Source: an uncultured Candidatus Saccharibacteria bacterium (GTDB lineage: Bacteria; Patescibacteriota; Minisyncoccia; Phycocordibacterales; DATDWN01). Taken from it: a stretch of DNA of 64,000 bases. The stretch covers positions 6,899 to 70,898 of the forward strand of contig CAYXZA010000001.1 in assembly GCA_964469605.1 (NCBI GenBank), in the 5' to 3' direction. Below, piece by piece: positions 49,498-58,731 of this stretch. Each line of letters begins with the position of its first letter. Within the stretch, counting starts at the first letter, position 1. The position numbers and the translations under genes are program-made. The notes beneath the pieces are model-generated. The model worked only from the letters and a program-made list of their open reading frames with translations. It searched no databases and had not been told where the DNA came from.

Positions 49498-49602
49498 AAT
49501 TAAATATTTTGATTATTTACAATATGTTCAATTATACAATAAAAATAATATATTATCAAATACTATACTTATCCACAACTATCCCATAAAAGCATCATAT
49601 TT

Positions 49603-49765
49603 AGAGCAATGGCTGATTTTATTCGAGAAATACCCCGCAGCTTTGCTGTGGGGATTGGTAAAAGAGTGTCAGTGGTGGCCGACTCCTATACGAATATAAG
49701 AGCATTGGTTCGCCTCGCCAATACCTCGTCTGCTCTGCAGCGAGGATCAGGCGAGGCTACTGCTT
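49603..49765. repeat. REP-like element family B, full copy
   Basis: Hairpins 'ccccgcagc-ttt-gctgtgggg' and 'gcctcgcc...ggcgaggc'. Confidence 0.65.
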
Positions 49766-51577
49766 TTATTTAAAACCACTTGCTTGGATATTGAATAATT
49801 GATGATATAGTGATTTGTTTTTTATAAGAACCTTATGTGTCCCCTCTTCTTTTAACTGACCGTCTTCTAGAACTATTATATGATCACATTCTTTTATCAT
49901 AGAAAAATCATGTGATACTAATATTATGGTTTGATTGTTTGGTAAAGTATTTAATGATTGAAATATTTTTGCTTCAGATTCTGCATCCACAGAAGCCGTT
50001 GGTTCATCTAAAACCATTACAAAACCATTTCTATATAAAATTTTTGCAATAGCCAACTTCTGCTTTTGTCCTTTTGAAGGTTCAACTCCTTTAAATTCAA
50101 CTCCAATCTGATGGTCATATCCATCTTCCCATTTTTCAACAAATTCACTTACCTGACTTATTTTAGATGATTTTACAACAAGCTCATCATCAATAGGAAC
50201 ATTTGACCTACCAATAGCAATAGCTTGTTTTACTTTAAAATCATAACTGGCATAATCTTGTAACATAACAGAAAGATAACTCCACCACTTATCTAAATCA
50301 ACATCTTTTAGATCAATACCATTTATTAAAATCCTTCCTTCTGTTGGATCATACACCCTACAAAGTAGTTTTATAAGTGTCGTCTTCCCAGCACCATTGT
50401 TCCCAACCAAACCAATCTTAAAACCACCTTTGAAAATTAAGTTTAAATTTTTTAAGACAAATTTTTCATCTTTTTGATTTGGATATTTGAAACTAACATT
50501 TTCAAATACTATATCAGGAGGGTTTTTCAAATCAAGATCAACTGGATTTTCACTTCTTTTTACAAAAGGTTTTGTATTAAATACCTGCAACAAATCACCT
50601 ACTATCATATTTTGTTCAAGAGATTGTGATAATTGTGAAATAAAATCTACAAAATAAGCACTTATATTATCAAGTGTTCTTAAAATATATATCATTGAAC
50701 CAATCATTATAATACCAGACAACACATCCCTAAACACTAAATAAAAAGAGAGGGTAAAACCTAATAGATAAATTATTTCTGCAATAAAAGTATATGATGT
50801 TTTTGATTTTTCAACTGAAATTTGCTTTTTATTGAAGTTTTCAAGTATCTCTTTTGACCATGAAAGAAGTATGTCTTTGCTTTGTAGAAGTTTTGTTTCT
50901 ATTAAATTACTTTTTGATACAAAATGCATTCTTATATCAGAAAATCTTCTTTGTTCGGGAGAATCTTTTGCCCAAATACTATAAACACTTTTACCATAAC
51001 GATACTGAACAAAAAAACTGGGCAAAGAAGATAATATAATTATAAAATAAACCCACGGATTAAATATTGTAGCTAAAATAGAACCAACTATAAAAAATAT
51101 AAGTGCCCTAATTACACCAAAATTGGACTGCCAAAATTCTAAGATAGGCCAAAAACTTTGCCTAAAAGCTCTTTGGTATAAATCTTGAAATTCTGAGTCT
51201 TCATAATGAGCTATATCTATAACCTCTCTTTTTCTTATAGATTCAACTTCCATAAAAGAAGAAAATTTATATCTAGCAATTTTATTATAATAATTTACAA
51301 TACTTGAAATTAAAGATGGTAGTGAATTTAACAATGCATAAATAGAAAAAACATAAAATAAACTTGATTGAAAACTAAAAGAATTGCTTTTTGAAACATA
51401 TAAAGAAACTTCATTTATTAACAATCCTAAATAGTATGCTGATAGATATGGAAAAGATGCCCTAATAAATGTAAGAAAAAATATAATACTAACCTCTTTT
51501 TTAGATACAGACCAAAAATAACGAAAAGATTCTCTTGAATTCTTTATATAGCTTTTAAAATTATTTTTCTTATCCAT
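49766..51577 (-). CDS. ABC exporter, fused permease/ATPase
   Basis: TM domain, GNNGAGKT, 'SKGQKQK', 'VLDEPT'. Confidence 0.93.
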   Translation of the reverse strand: MDKKNNFKSYIKNSRESFRYFWSVSKKEVSIIFFLTFIRASFPYLSAYYLGLLINEVSLYVSKSNSFSFQSSLFYVFSIYALLNSLPSLISSIVNYYNKIARYKFSSFMEVESIRKREVIDIAHYEDSEFQDLYQRAFRQSFWPILEFWQSNFGVIRALIFFIVGSILATIFNPWVYFIIILSSLPSFFVQYRYGKSVYSIWAKDSPEQRRFSDIRMHFVSKSNLIETKLLQSKDILLSWSKEILENFNKKQISVEKSKTSYTFIAEIIYLLGFTLSFYLVFRDVLSGIIMIGSMIYILRTLDNISAYFVDFISQLSQSLEQNMIVGDLLQVFNTKPFVKRSENPVDLDLKNPPDIVFENVSFKYPNQKDEKFVLKNLNLIFKGGFKIGLVGNNGAGKTTLIKLLCRVYDPTEGRILINGIDLKDVDLDKWWSYLSVMLQDYASYDFKVKQAIAIGRSNVPIDDELVVKSSKISQVSEFVEKWEDGYDHQIGVEFKGVEPSKGQKQKLAIAKILYRNGFVMVLDEPTASVDAESEAKIFQSLNTLPNNQTIILVSHDFSMIKECDHIIVLEDGQLKEEGTHKVLIKNKSLYHQLFNIQASGFK

Positions 51578-51579
51578 TG

Positions 51580-51759
51580 TTTTTATTCGTTTGTGCCCAA
51601 GGAGGGACTTTCCCTCATAAATCCTAATTTCGTCAAATTAAGATTTATTGGGCACCGGATTTGCGACAAAGTCTGCTGACTTCGTAAACCGCAAATCCGT
51701 TCAAGTCCCTTCGTAAATCTGCGATTTACCCCTTGGTCAAAACTCATTTTATTCGTTTG
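51580..51759 (-). mobile_element. tRNA-Leu-associated fold-back mini-element
   Basis: Direct repeat of the tRNA 3' end plus trailer (~51580-51610 vs ~51747-51777); inverted T-arm copy; internal hairpins. Confidence 0.6.
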
Positions 51760-51841
51760 TGCCCAAGGAGGGACTTGAACCCTCAAGGATCGCTCCATAC
51801 GCACCTCAAGCGTACGCGTATACCAGTTCCGCCACCTGGGC
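51760..51841 (-). tRNA. tRNA-Leu(GAG)
   Basis: Cloverleaf with long variable arm; loop TTGAGGT. Confidence 0.95.
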
Positions 51842-51891
51842 AATTGAATATATACTAACAAAAAAACACCTTTTAGGCGATTTTTTGTTGA

Positions 51892-52290
51892 TTATTCTGA
51901 CTTTGTATCTTCTGAAACTTCCGCTTTCTCAACCTCTTTAACAGCTCTAACATTTCTCATTTGTCTTCTTATTTCCTTAGCCGCCTTGTCTCTTATGTGA
52001 TACAGTTTTGATTTTCTAACTTTTGACCTCTTTAAAATTTCAATAGAATCTATAATAGGAGAATACAAAGGATATATTCTCTCAACTCCAATACCGTTTG
52101 ATACTTTTCTTACAGTAAAAGTAGCACCAGCTTCTTTGCCGTGTTTTTTTGCTATAATCAAACCTTCAAAAGCTTGGAGTCTTGTTTTTCCCTTTTCTTG
52201 GATTTTTTGCCAAACCTTTACAGTATCCCCTGATCTCATATCAAGATTTGATCTTTCCTCTATTTTTACTGGTGAAATTATATTTATCAT
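51892..52290 (-). CDS. rplS: 50S ribosomal protein L19
   Basis: 'GDTVKV...RLQAFEG...TFTVRK...GVERIYP'. Confidence 0.98.
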   Translation of the reverse strand: MINIISPVKIEERSNLDMRSGDTVKVWQKIQEKGKTRLQAFEGLIIAKKHGKEAGATFTVRKVSNGIGVERIYPLYSPIIDSIEILKRSKVRKSKLYHIRDKAAKEIRRQMRNVRAVKEVEKAEVSEDTKSE

Positions 52291-52317
52291 TGCGAAAACA
52301 AGTCTAACATATAAAAA

Positions 52318-53040
52318 TTAAATTCGCAAATCCTTGAATTTAGTTAAAGCTTTTTTAAAATCATCTGGAAAATCAGATTCAACTTTAATCATTTGACCAT
52401 CTAAATTTTGAAATTCAATACTTTTTGCATGAAGTGCAGTTCTATTGAAACCAATTTTAGATCTAACAGTTGGTCCATATAAACTATCAGAAACAACAGG
52501 GTGTCCTATACTCTTTAAATGAACTCTAATTTGGTGTGTTCTACCTGTTTTTGGAATAACTTTTAAAAAAGAAAAATTTGGTATTTCACCTAAAACTACA
52601 TAATTTGTTATAGCATCTCTTTTATCACCTTTCATACTTCTCTCTGTTGTCTTTTTTCTAAAATCATAATCACTTCTACCAATCTGCTTATCTATTATCC
52701 CTCTTTTTATTTTTAAATTCCCATAAACAAAAACATTGTATATTTTTTTTATAGTGTGATTTTGAAACTGCTCTTTTAAAAAAGAAAATCCTTCTTTGGT
52801 TTTAGCTAAAATCAAAACACCAGAAGTGTCTTTATCTAACCTATGAACAATCCCCGATCTTTTTATAACACCACTATCAGTATAGATATCCTCTCCTACA
52901 TTTTTAGATCTAGGATAATTTTCAACAAACCAGTCAGAAATAGTTTTTTCTTTACCTTTACCATCACTATGAACTAAAACCCCAAAAGGTTTGTCTATAA
53001 CTAAAATATTCTTATCTTCGTATAATATTTTTATCTTCAT
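52318..53040 (-). CDS. RluA/RluD family pseudouridine synthase
   Basis: 'VHRLDKDTSG', 'TGRTHQIRVH'. Confidence 0.95.
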   Translation of the reverse strand: MKIKILYEDKNILVIDKPFGVLVHSDGKGKEKTISDWFVENYPRSKNVGEDIYTDSGVIKRSGIVHRLDKDTSGVLILAKTKEGFSFLKEQFQNHTIKKIYNVFVYGNLKIKRGIIDKQIGRSDYDFRKKTTERSMKGDKRDAITNYVVLGEIPNFSFLKVIPKTGRTHQIRVHLKSIGHPVVSDSLYGPTVRSKIGFNRTALHAKSIEFQNLDGQMIKVESDFPDDFKKALTKFKDLRI

Positions 53041-53043
53041 AAA

Positions 53044-53736
53044 TTATTTACCCATTCTTCTTTGTCTTTTATTGTAGCTTTCTAAAATACCCTTAAATTC
53101 TTCTTTTGTAAAATCTGGCCACATAGTCTCTGTAAAGAAAAATTCACTATAAACCGATTGCCAAGGTAAAAAACCTGAAAGTCTTTGCTCACCAGAAGTT
53201 CGGATTATTATATCAGGATCTTTGATTTCAGATGAATACAAATTGTCACTAATATCTTTTTCAGTTATCTTTACTGTATTATTATTTTTTTCTAAAAATT
53301 GGTTAACGGCATAGACAATCTCCCCTCTGCCACCATAAGACAAACACAAAACCAATGTAAAACCACTGTTTTCTTTTGTTTTGTTTTGCAACTCTATCAT
53401 CTTTTCATAAATATCTTTTGGAAACTTTGATATATTGCCAGCAAAAACAATTTTTACTTTCTCTTTTACAAATTTATCATCTTCTTCAAAAATAATTTTT
53501 TTTATTAAAGAGATTAAAAAAGAAACCTCTTCTTCTGACCTTTTCCAGTTTTCCTCTGAAAAAACATAAGAATAAACGGTTTTAACTCCAAATTCCCTTG
53601 CCCAATTTAAAAAATCTTTAAATATAGCATAACCAGCAGTATGACCTTCAAAACCTTGTTTACCTTTTTGTTTTGCCCACCTCCTGTTTCCGTCCATAAT
53701 AACTCCAACAGATAGAGAGCTGTTTTCATTTTCCAT
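53044..53736 (-). CDS. uppS: Undecaprenyl diphosphate synthase
   Basis: 'IMDGNRRWA', 'FSEENWKR', 'IRTSGEQRLSGFL'. Confidence 0.97.
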   Translation of the reverse strand: MENENSSLSVGVIMDGNRRWAKQKGKQGFEGHTAGYAIFKDFLNWAREFGVKTVYSYVFSEENWKRSEEEVSFLISLIKKIIFEEDDKFVKEKVKIVFAGNISKFPKDIYEKMIELQNKTKENSGFTLVLCLSYGGRGEIVYAVNQFLEKNNNTVKITEKDISDNLYSSEIKDPDIIIRTSGEQRLSGFLPWQSVYSEFFFTETMWPDFTKEEFKGILESYNKRQRRMGK

Positions 53737-53804
53737 AATACATTAAAGCATAGCAAAAAAATGCTCTTGTAAAAAGGGTCGTTTTGATATAAAATGACTT
53801 TAAT

Positions 53805-53877
53805 GCGCGATTAGCTCAGTTGGTAGAGCAACCCGTTTACACCGGGAAGGTCATAGGTTCGAGTCCTGTATCGCGCA
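53805..53877 (+). tRNA. tRNA-Val(TAC)
   Basis: Cloverleaf; loop TTTACAC; ends ACC-T, so CCA is broken. Confidence 0.96.
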
Positions 53878-53929
53878 CCTTAAACGAACTAAACGGCTTT
53901 GAAAAAGCCGTTTAGTTCGTTTAAGGTGC
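53875..53929. repeat. Perfect 26-bp palindrome starting in the tRNA-Val 3' end
   Basis: gcaccttaaacgaactaaacggcttt-gaa-aaagccgtttagttcgtttaaggtgc. Confidence 0.92.
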
Positions 53930-54135
53930 ATTTATATTACCAAATCCGAACCTATTTTGAAAATCTATAAAATGGATGAATTTTTGCGAAATATATTTTC
54001 TAGGGAAAGGATTCGCAAAAATTCGGCTAGTGTTTTCTGAAATGTGGACTCGCCCGCCCGCAGAAAGGGGTCTGGGGAATGAATGCGGGCGGGTTTCGGG
54101 TTTTTTGTTTTTGGCGAGGCGGGCTTCAAAAGAAC

Positions 54136-54296
54136 TTGCAAAATACCGAATCGTATACTATCATACCCGTATGAGTTTTTCAGTTAAATTTTCCGCAAAT
54201 TACTATTATACCCGCCCTGTGGGACGGTCTTCTTTTTGTTAACTGATTTTTACTAAAAACAGAGCACAAAAGACCGCCCCAAAGGCGGTCTTTTGT
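54136..54296 (+). promoter_or_regulatory. Promoter, leader peptide (54171-54242) and attenuator
   Basis: TTGCAA-17nt-TATCAT-6nt-ATG; MSFSVKFSANYYYTRPVGRSSFC*; alternative 1:2, 2:3, 3:4 stems. Confidence 0.65.
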
Positions 54297-54508
54297 TTAT
54301 TACTTACACATTATGATTCTAAAAAAATTACAAACAAATAGCATTTATTATTACGGCTCTTTGCAAGAGACTTGTTTCAAGGTGCCGAAATAATTTTTTT
54401 AAAATTTCGACTCCTCCAACTGGTCTCTTGCGAGACCAGTTTTTATTTGGGTGAAGGAATCTACCCATGCAAGTGATTCCAAAATAGTTCTTTAAAAAGG
54501 AGGAGACC

Positions 54509-55036
54509 ATGAATAAAAAAGTGGTTCTCTTGGCAGGCTTACCTGGTGTGGGTAAGTCAACTCTGGCGCGAAAGATTGCCAACAAAGAGTGTGGCTTGGT
54601 TTTGGACATTGACGAAATTAAAAGAAAGATTGTCGATCCAAAACTCGTCACGTCAACCATTGACCCACCGGAAGTTAGGTGGCGATGTTACGAGGAAGCC
54701 GCGGAAAAGGTTTTCTTTCTCCTTGAAAAAGGAGCGTCTACAATTATTATGGACGAGGTATTTCATTTGGCGATTCTCCGCCAAAAACTGGAAGAACTTT
54801 TCCTTCAAAAAGGAATTGAAGTTTTCTGGTTGGAAGTACGTTGCTCACATGTCGAGGTTGAGCGACGGCTTCGTGAGAAATCTCGAAATGGACATATTCT
54901 CTCGACAGATGAGGCGTTGAAAATGAATCTTCTTTTCGAGGGAATCTTCGAAAGATTTCCTGAAGGAAAGAAAAATCATATCATCTTCAGAAATGAAGCT
55001 GGTTGTGATTTTGAAAAATTGGCATTCAACCCTTAA
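54509..55036 (+). CDS. P-loop small-molecule/nucleotide kinase (AAA_33-like)
   Basis: GLPGVGKST; 'IIMDEVF'; 'RRLREK'; strong SD AAGGAGG. Confidence 0.82.
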   Translation: MNKKVVLLAGLPGVGKSTLARKIANKECGLVLDIDEIKRKIVDPKLVTSTIDPPEVRWRCYEEAAEKVFFLLEKGASTIIMDEVFHLAILRQKLEELFLQKGIEVFWLEVRCSHVEVERRLREKSRNGHILSTDEALKMNLLFEGIFERFPEGKKNHIIFRNEAGCDFEKLAFNP

Positions 55037-55045
55037 ATGGGTATT

Positions 55046-55085
55046 GAGGGTTGGTGCAGTGGAAACTTGCACCAACCCTCTTTTG
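55046..55085 (+). terminator. Intrinsic terminator
   Basis: gagggttggtgca..tgcaccaaccctc-tttt. Confidence 0.85.
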
Positions 55086-55126
55086 TTGAATAAAATCTGA
55101 ATTACTAATATAATAAAAATATTCTT

Positions 55127-55840
55127 ATGACTAATACATTACAAAAAATCAAAAATCTTGCTCTAAAAATAGATAACGATATTGCTTTTGGTGGAAAGTC
55201 AAAAGGTAATAAGCATTTGCTTAGAGTTGTTAAGGTGGCAAAATTTCTCGCACAAAAAACTGGAGCAGATTTGTTTATAAGTATAGCTGGAGCGTATTTA
55301 CACGATACTGCCTTACCCTCTGGAAATGACTACAATTACAAAAATAATAAAGAAATAGTAAAAGATTTACTCAAATCTTTTACTATTTCCAAAAAAGAGC
55401 TAGATGGAATAGCGGAGTGCGTGGCTTCTCATGAAGGTACATTTAAGCCAAAAAGTTTAGAAGCAAAAGTTGTTCATGATTCAGATGTTCTTGAAAAAAC
55501 TGGATTATTGGGGATTATTCGTCACACATGGAAATTAACCAATTCGGGAAAGATTAATCATAAAAATATAACGGATAAAGATGTCAAATTAGTTATTGAC
55601 CATATAGATTGGCGTAGAAAAAAATTACAAACACCTATTGCAAAAAAGATTGCAAAATTTTTAACAATACCAATAAATAAAGAGAAAGCAAAAATCATTG
55701 TATCAATATCATCAGAATTAGCTTTCAATAGTGTTGTCACTGAAAAAATAGCTGTAGCTTTACGAAAACATTTAAACAAAAAAGAAAATGAAAAGCTCAA
55801 AGAGCAATTAAATTTAGCTTATTTGAATAAGTTTAAATAA
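55127..55840 (+). CDS. HD-domain phosphohydrolase
   Basis: 'HLLRV', 'YLHD', 'SH', 'VHDSDVLE'. Confidence 0.88.
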   Translation: MTNTLQKIKNLALKIDNDIAFGGKSKGNKHLLRVVKVAKFLAQKTGADLFISIAGAYLHDTALPSGNDYNYKNNKEIVKDLLKSFTISKKELDGIAECVASHEGTFKPKSLEAKVVHDSDVLEKTGLLGIIRHTWKLTNSGKINHKNITDKDVKLVIDHIDWRRKKLQTPIAKKIAKFLTIPINKEKAKIIVSISSELAFNSVVTEKIAVALRKHLNKKENEKLKEQLNLAYLNKFK

Positions 55841-56069
55841 GCCCGCCTCGCCAAAAACAAAAACCCGAAGCCTGCGCGCATTCCTCCCCAGACCCCTCCT
55901 CCGCGCGGGCGAGTCCGAATTTCAAAAACAGATTAGCCGAATTTTTACGAATCCTTTCCCCAGAAAATATATTTCGCAAAAATTCGTCCATTTTATAGAT
56001 TTTCAAAATAGGTTCGGATTTGGTAATATAAATGCACCAGAATAGAACTTAACGATTTAGAACCTATTT

Positions 56070-56236
56070 GCAACTCTCGGAGGGAAATCTTCCACAAGTA
56101 AAACTTTTTCGTCAAAAAGTTTTCTCGTGTCCACGACTCGCGACCTAGCTTGCTAGCTGGGTACCCCGCTCCGTCTTTCGATTCCCTCTCGTAAAGCTCC
56201 ACTTTACTCTCGGCACAAAACAGCTTTGCAATTTTG
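56070..56236 (-). mobile_element. tRNA-Arg-associated fold-back mini-element
   Basis: Second copy of 'ctctcggagggaa' at ~56074; inverted 'ttcgattccctc' at ~56177; same hairpin layout as the Leu element. Confidence 0.6.
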
Positions 56237-56308
56237 TGCTCTCGGAGGGAATCGAACCCCCATCAAGGCCTTAGAAGAGCCCTGCTCTATCCATTGAGCT
56301 ACGAGAGC
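56237..56308 (-). tRNA. tRNA-Arg(TCT)
   Basis: Cloverleaf; loop CTTCTAA. Confidence 0.95.
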
Positions 56309-56337
56309 ATTTTTTTTGATTCTAACATAAAAAAAGT

Positions 56338-56652
56338 CTAAAAGAAAGGATTTGGTATATTTAAAACACCAGAATCAAGTTTTTCTCTTTTGCTATCCAT
56401 ATATTCAAAAAAGTCATTTAAATTTTTTTTATTTAATTTATACTCACGAACTTCCGTCTGAAAATCAACTTTCCAAAAAACACCAGAAGAAACTATTTTA
56501 AAAAGCCACAAACCTAAAAATCCAAAAATTATAACAAATAAAAATGTTGACATAATCATAAATATCCAATCTTTATCAGGACAAATAACTCGTCTTTTAT
56601 AAATACTCGATGATTTTAAAAATTTTATTTTATCTGTTATTTTTTTAAACAT
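56338..56652 (-). CDS. Pilus-operon membrane protein (PilP position)
   Basis: Single TM, C-terminal 'PNPF', directly after pilO. Confidence 0.5.
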   Translation of the reverse strand: MFKKITDKIKFLKSSSIYKRRVICPDKDWIFMIMSTFLFVIIFGFLGLWLFKIVSSGVFWKVDFQTEVREYKLNKKNLNDFFEYMDSKREKLDSGVLNIPNPFF

Positions 56653-56654
56653 AT

Positions 56655-57185
56655 TTAATTTTTTTCAACAATATAAACCTCCAAAAAACCTTTTAAAATT
56701 TTGTTTTTCAAATCTTCTGGTTTAGATATGGAAAACTTGTTTATAAATATATGATAAGGCAACATTTCAACCAGATTCAAAAACCTGTATATCCCCTCCC
56801 AAGAGCCTTTTATATTTATTTTAACAACCAAATAAACCAAATTATTTTTTGCCAAAACTTGATCTTTTTCTATATTTATAGAAGATATTTCAACATCTAG
56901 TTTATTATCCTTTGCAAAAGATTCAAGATTTTCTATAAAAACAACTTCCTGATCTTTTGTTAAAAAGTAGCTATTTATAGAATCAATATCTGGTTTGATT
57001 TTTTGATAACTAGATCTGATATCACTTATATTGTTTTTTATTTTTTGATCCTCATATAGAGACTGATAATTTTCTTTTATTGTAAAAGTTAGTTCTTTAA
57101 ATTTTTTATAAGCAAAAAACCATATTGCACCAAAACACAGAAAAGTTAATATTATCAATATTATGTTTTTATAATTATTTTTCAT
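56655..57185 (-). CDS. pilO: Type IV pilus assembly protein PilO-like
   Basis: TM plus coiled coil; 'GSWEGIYRFLNLVEMLPY'. Confidence 0.7.
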   Translation of the reverse strand: MKNNYKNIILIILTFLCFGAIWFFAYKKFKELTFTIKENYQSLYEDQKIKNNISDIRSSYQKIKPDIDSINSYFLTKDQEVVFIENLESFAKDNKLDVEISSINIEKDQVLAKNNLVYLVVKINIKGSWEGIYRFLNLVEMLPYHIFINKFSISKPEDLKNKILKGFLEVYIVEKN

Positions 57186-57721
57186 ATAGAAGTTTTTACA
57201 TCAAAAGAAAATTCTATGTTTTTATCTTTTGCAAAATTTGAAATTGGTAAATTTAAATCTTTAAAAATCGGATTTGAAGATATTTCTTTTGAAAACATAA
57301 TCAAAGAATCTCTGTTTGAAGCCACACCTTTAATGGTAAATATAGCTGTACTTGACGACAATCTTTGATACAAAATATCTGTCATTTTTATACCAGTATT
57401 GCTAGATAAAATAACCTTTGAAAGCATAAAAGTTGAATAAAAAGATGGTTTTGAGGAGTTGATATAAGCTAGTAAATTATTGGTACTATCAAATATCTCT
57501 TTTGTTTCTTCATCTTCTTTAGATGAAAAAGAGTTTCTAAAAGAGTCGTTTATAGTTAAAACATATTTTTTTTCAGACCAGATAGCAACAAAAGATGGTG
57601 TTAAAACTATTGTTATAAAAAAGAATAAAAATAGTAGAAAAAGAAATATCATAAAAAACCTCCTGTTTTTATAATCAGATTCAATATTTTTCTTTAAATC
57701 TTTTGTTAGAACATTGAACAT
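57182..57721 (-). CDS. pilN: Type IV pilus assembly protein PilN-like
   Basis: N-terminal 'FNVL', TM, 'IKGVASNRDSL..F'. Confidence 0.7.
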   Translation of the reverse strand: MFNVLTKDLKKNIESDYKNRRFFMIFLFLLFLFFFITIVLTPSFVAIWSEKKYVLTINDSFRNSFSSKEDEETKEIFDSTNNLLAYINSSKPSFYSTFMLSKVILSSNTGIKMTDILYQRLSSSTAIFTIKGVASNRDSLIMFSKEISSNPIFKDLNLPISNFAKDKNIEFSFDVKTSI

Positions 57722-57725
57722 ATTT

Positions 57726-58691
57726 TTATATACAAATAAATTTCTTTGGAATAGCTAAACCAATAGCCGAGGCATACCTCAAAGAATCCTCAAAACCAAT
57801 TTCCGGAACACTATCCTTTAAATCAAAAACATTACTCCAAACATTAGCCAAAGATGCTTTTACACCAGTTGTTTGAGAAATTATATCTAAACAAGAATTA
57901 TCAAAATCACTGCCACAAACAATTATTTTATTAAAATGTAAATTTTTGTCTTTGCTAATACTATCACTCCAATAATTTATAACTTTTAAAACTTCGAAAG
58001 CAGCTTTGTTATAAAAACCATCTTGGTTTTTTAAAATACTGATAGTTGAAGTAAATCTAACAATATTATCCTTTACCACATAAACACCTATCTTGTCAGA
58101 AGAAAAATGAACTATCATATACAAATCTTTGTCAGTATCCTTTATAACAGCATCAGCAGTTGTCTGAGATTCTATGCTCATATTAAACAAAGAGAAACCG
58201 GCCGATATTATAACTTCTTCATAACTTTCAATTGTGTTTTTAGGTAGAGCCGAAACTACAAGTTTTAGAGAGTCAATTTTTTCTTCCAAAATAACATAAT
58301 CAAAAATAGTTTCGGGTGCTTTCAAAGGAACACTTTCTTCTATTTTAAATTCAATAGTGCTTTTTATTTCACTTTGTAAAACTTTTGGAATCTCAGTTTC
58401 AAAAAGATAAACTTTCTCTTCTGGCATAGATGCTCTAACAGCAGAAAAACCAGTTTCTTTTCTGACTTTTTCAAGTAAAGAGATGAGATCTTCTTTGTTT
58501 TGTATCTCTCCGGAAACAATCACACCATCTGGTATAGAAACTTCTTTGTGACAAATAATATGCAAACCTTTAGAATCCTCGTTTAAAGCAACCAGTCTTA
58601 TATGATTATCTGAAATAGAAAGACCTGCGGTTGGTTTTTTTAAATATTTTGGGGTGGGAAAAAATTTATATAATTTTTCAACAAAAGACAT
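57726..58691 (-). CDS. pilM: Type IV pilus assembly protein PilM
   Basis: Actin-like 'GLSISDNHIRLV', 'IPDGVIVSGEI', 'YASAIGLA'. Confidence 0.85.
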   Translation of the reverse strand: MSFVEKLYKFFPTPKYLKKPTAGLSISDNHIRLVALNEDSKGLHIICHKEVSIPDGVIVSGEIQNKEDLISLLEKVRKETGFSAVRASMPEEKVYLFETEIPKVLQSEIKSTIEFKIEESVPLKAPETIFDYVILEEKIDSLKLVVSALPKNTIESYEEVIISAGFSLFNMSIESQTTADAVIKDTDKDLYMIVHFSSDKIGVYVVKDNIVRFTSTISILKNQDGFYNKAAFEVLKVINYWSDSISKDKNLHFNKIIVCGSDFDNSCLDIISQTTGVKASLANVWSNVFDLKDSVPEIGFEDSLRYASAIGLAIPKKFICI

Positions 58692-58731
58692 AGATATATT
58701 ATATCAATATTGTTATATAAAAGAAGTCTGT

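Larger units (their letters stand above)
53925..56038. mobile_element. tRNA-Val island bounded by ~200-bp inverted repeats (53925-54126, 55839-56038)
   Basis: Outer ~100 nt of the repeats differ at about 3 positions; right junction restores GCACCA. Confidence 0.7.

Noticed and set aside
51583-51941. ORFs 51583-51861 and 51759-51941
   Set aside because: They overlap tRNA-Leu and its fold-back element
53976-56202. ORFs 53976-54242 (full length), 54328-54660 and 55993-56202
   Set aside because: They read through repeat or junction DNA; only the 54171-54242 leader peptide has promoter support
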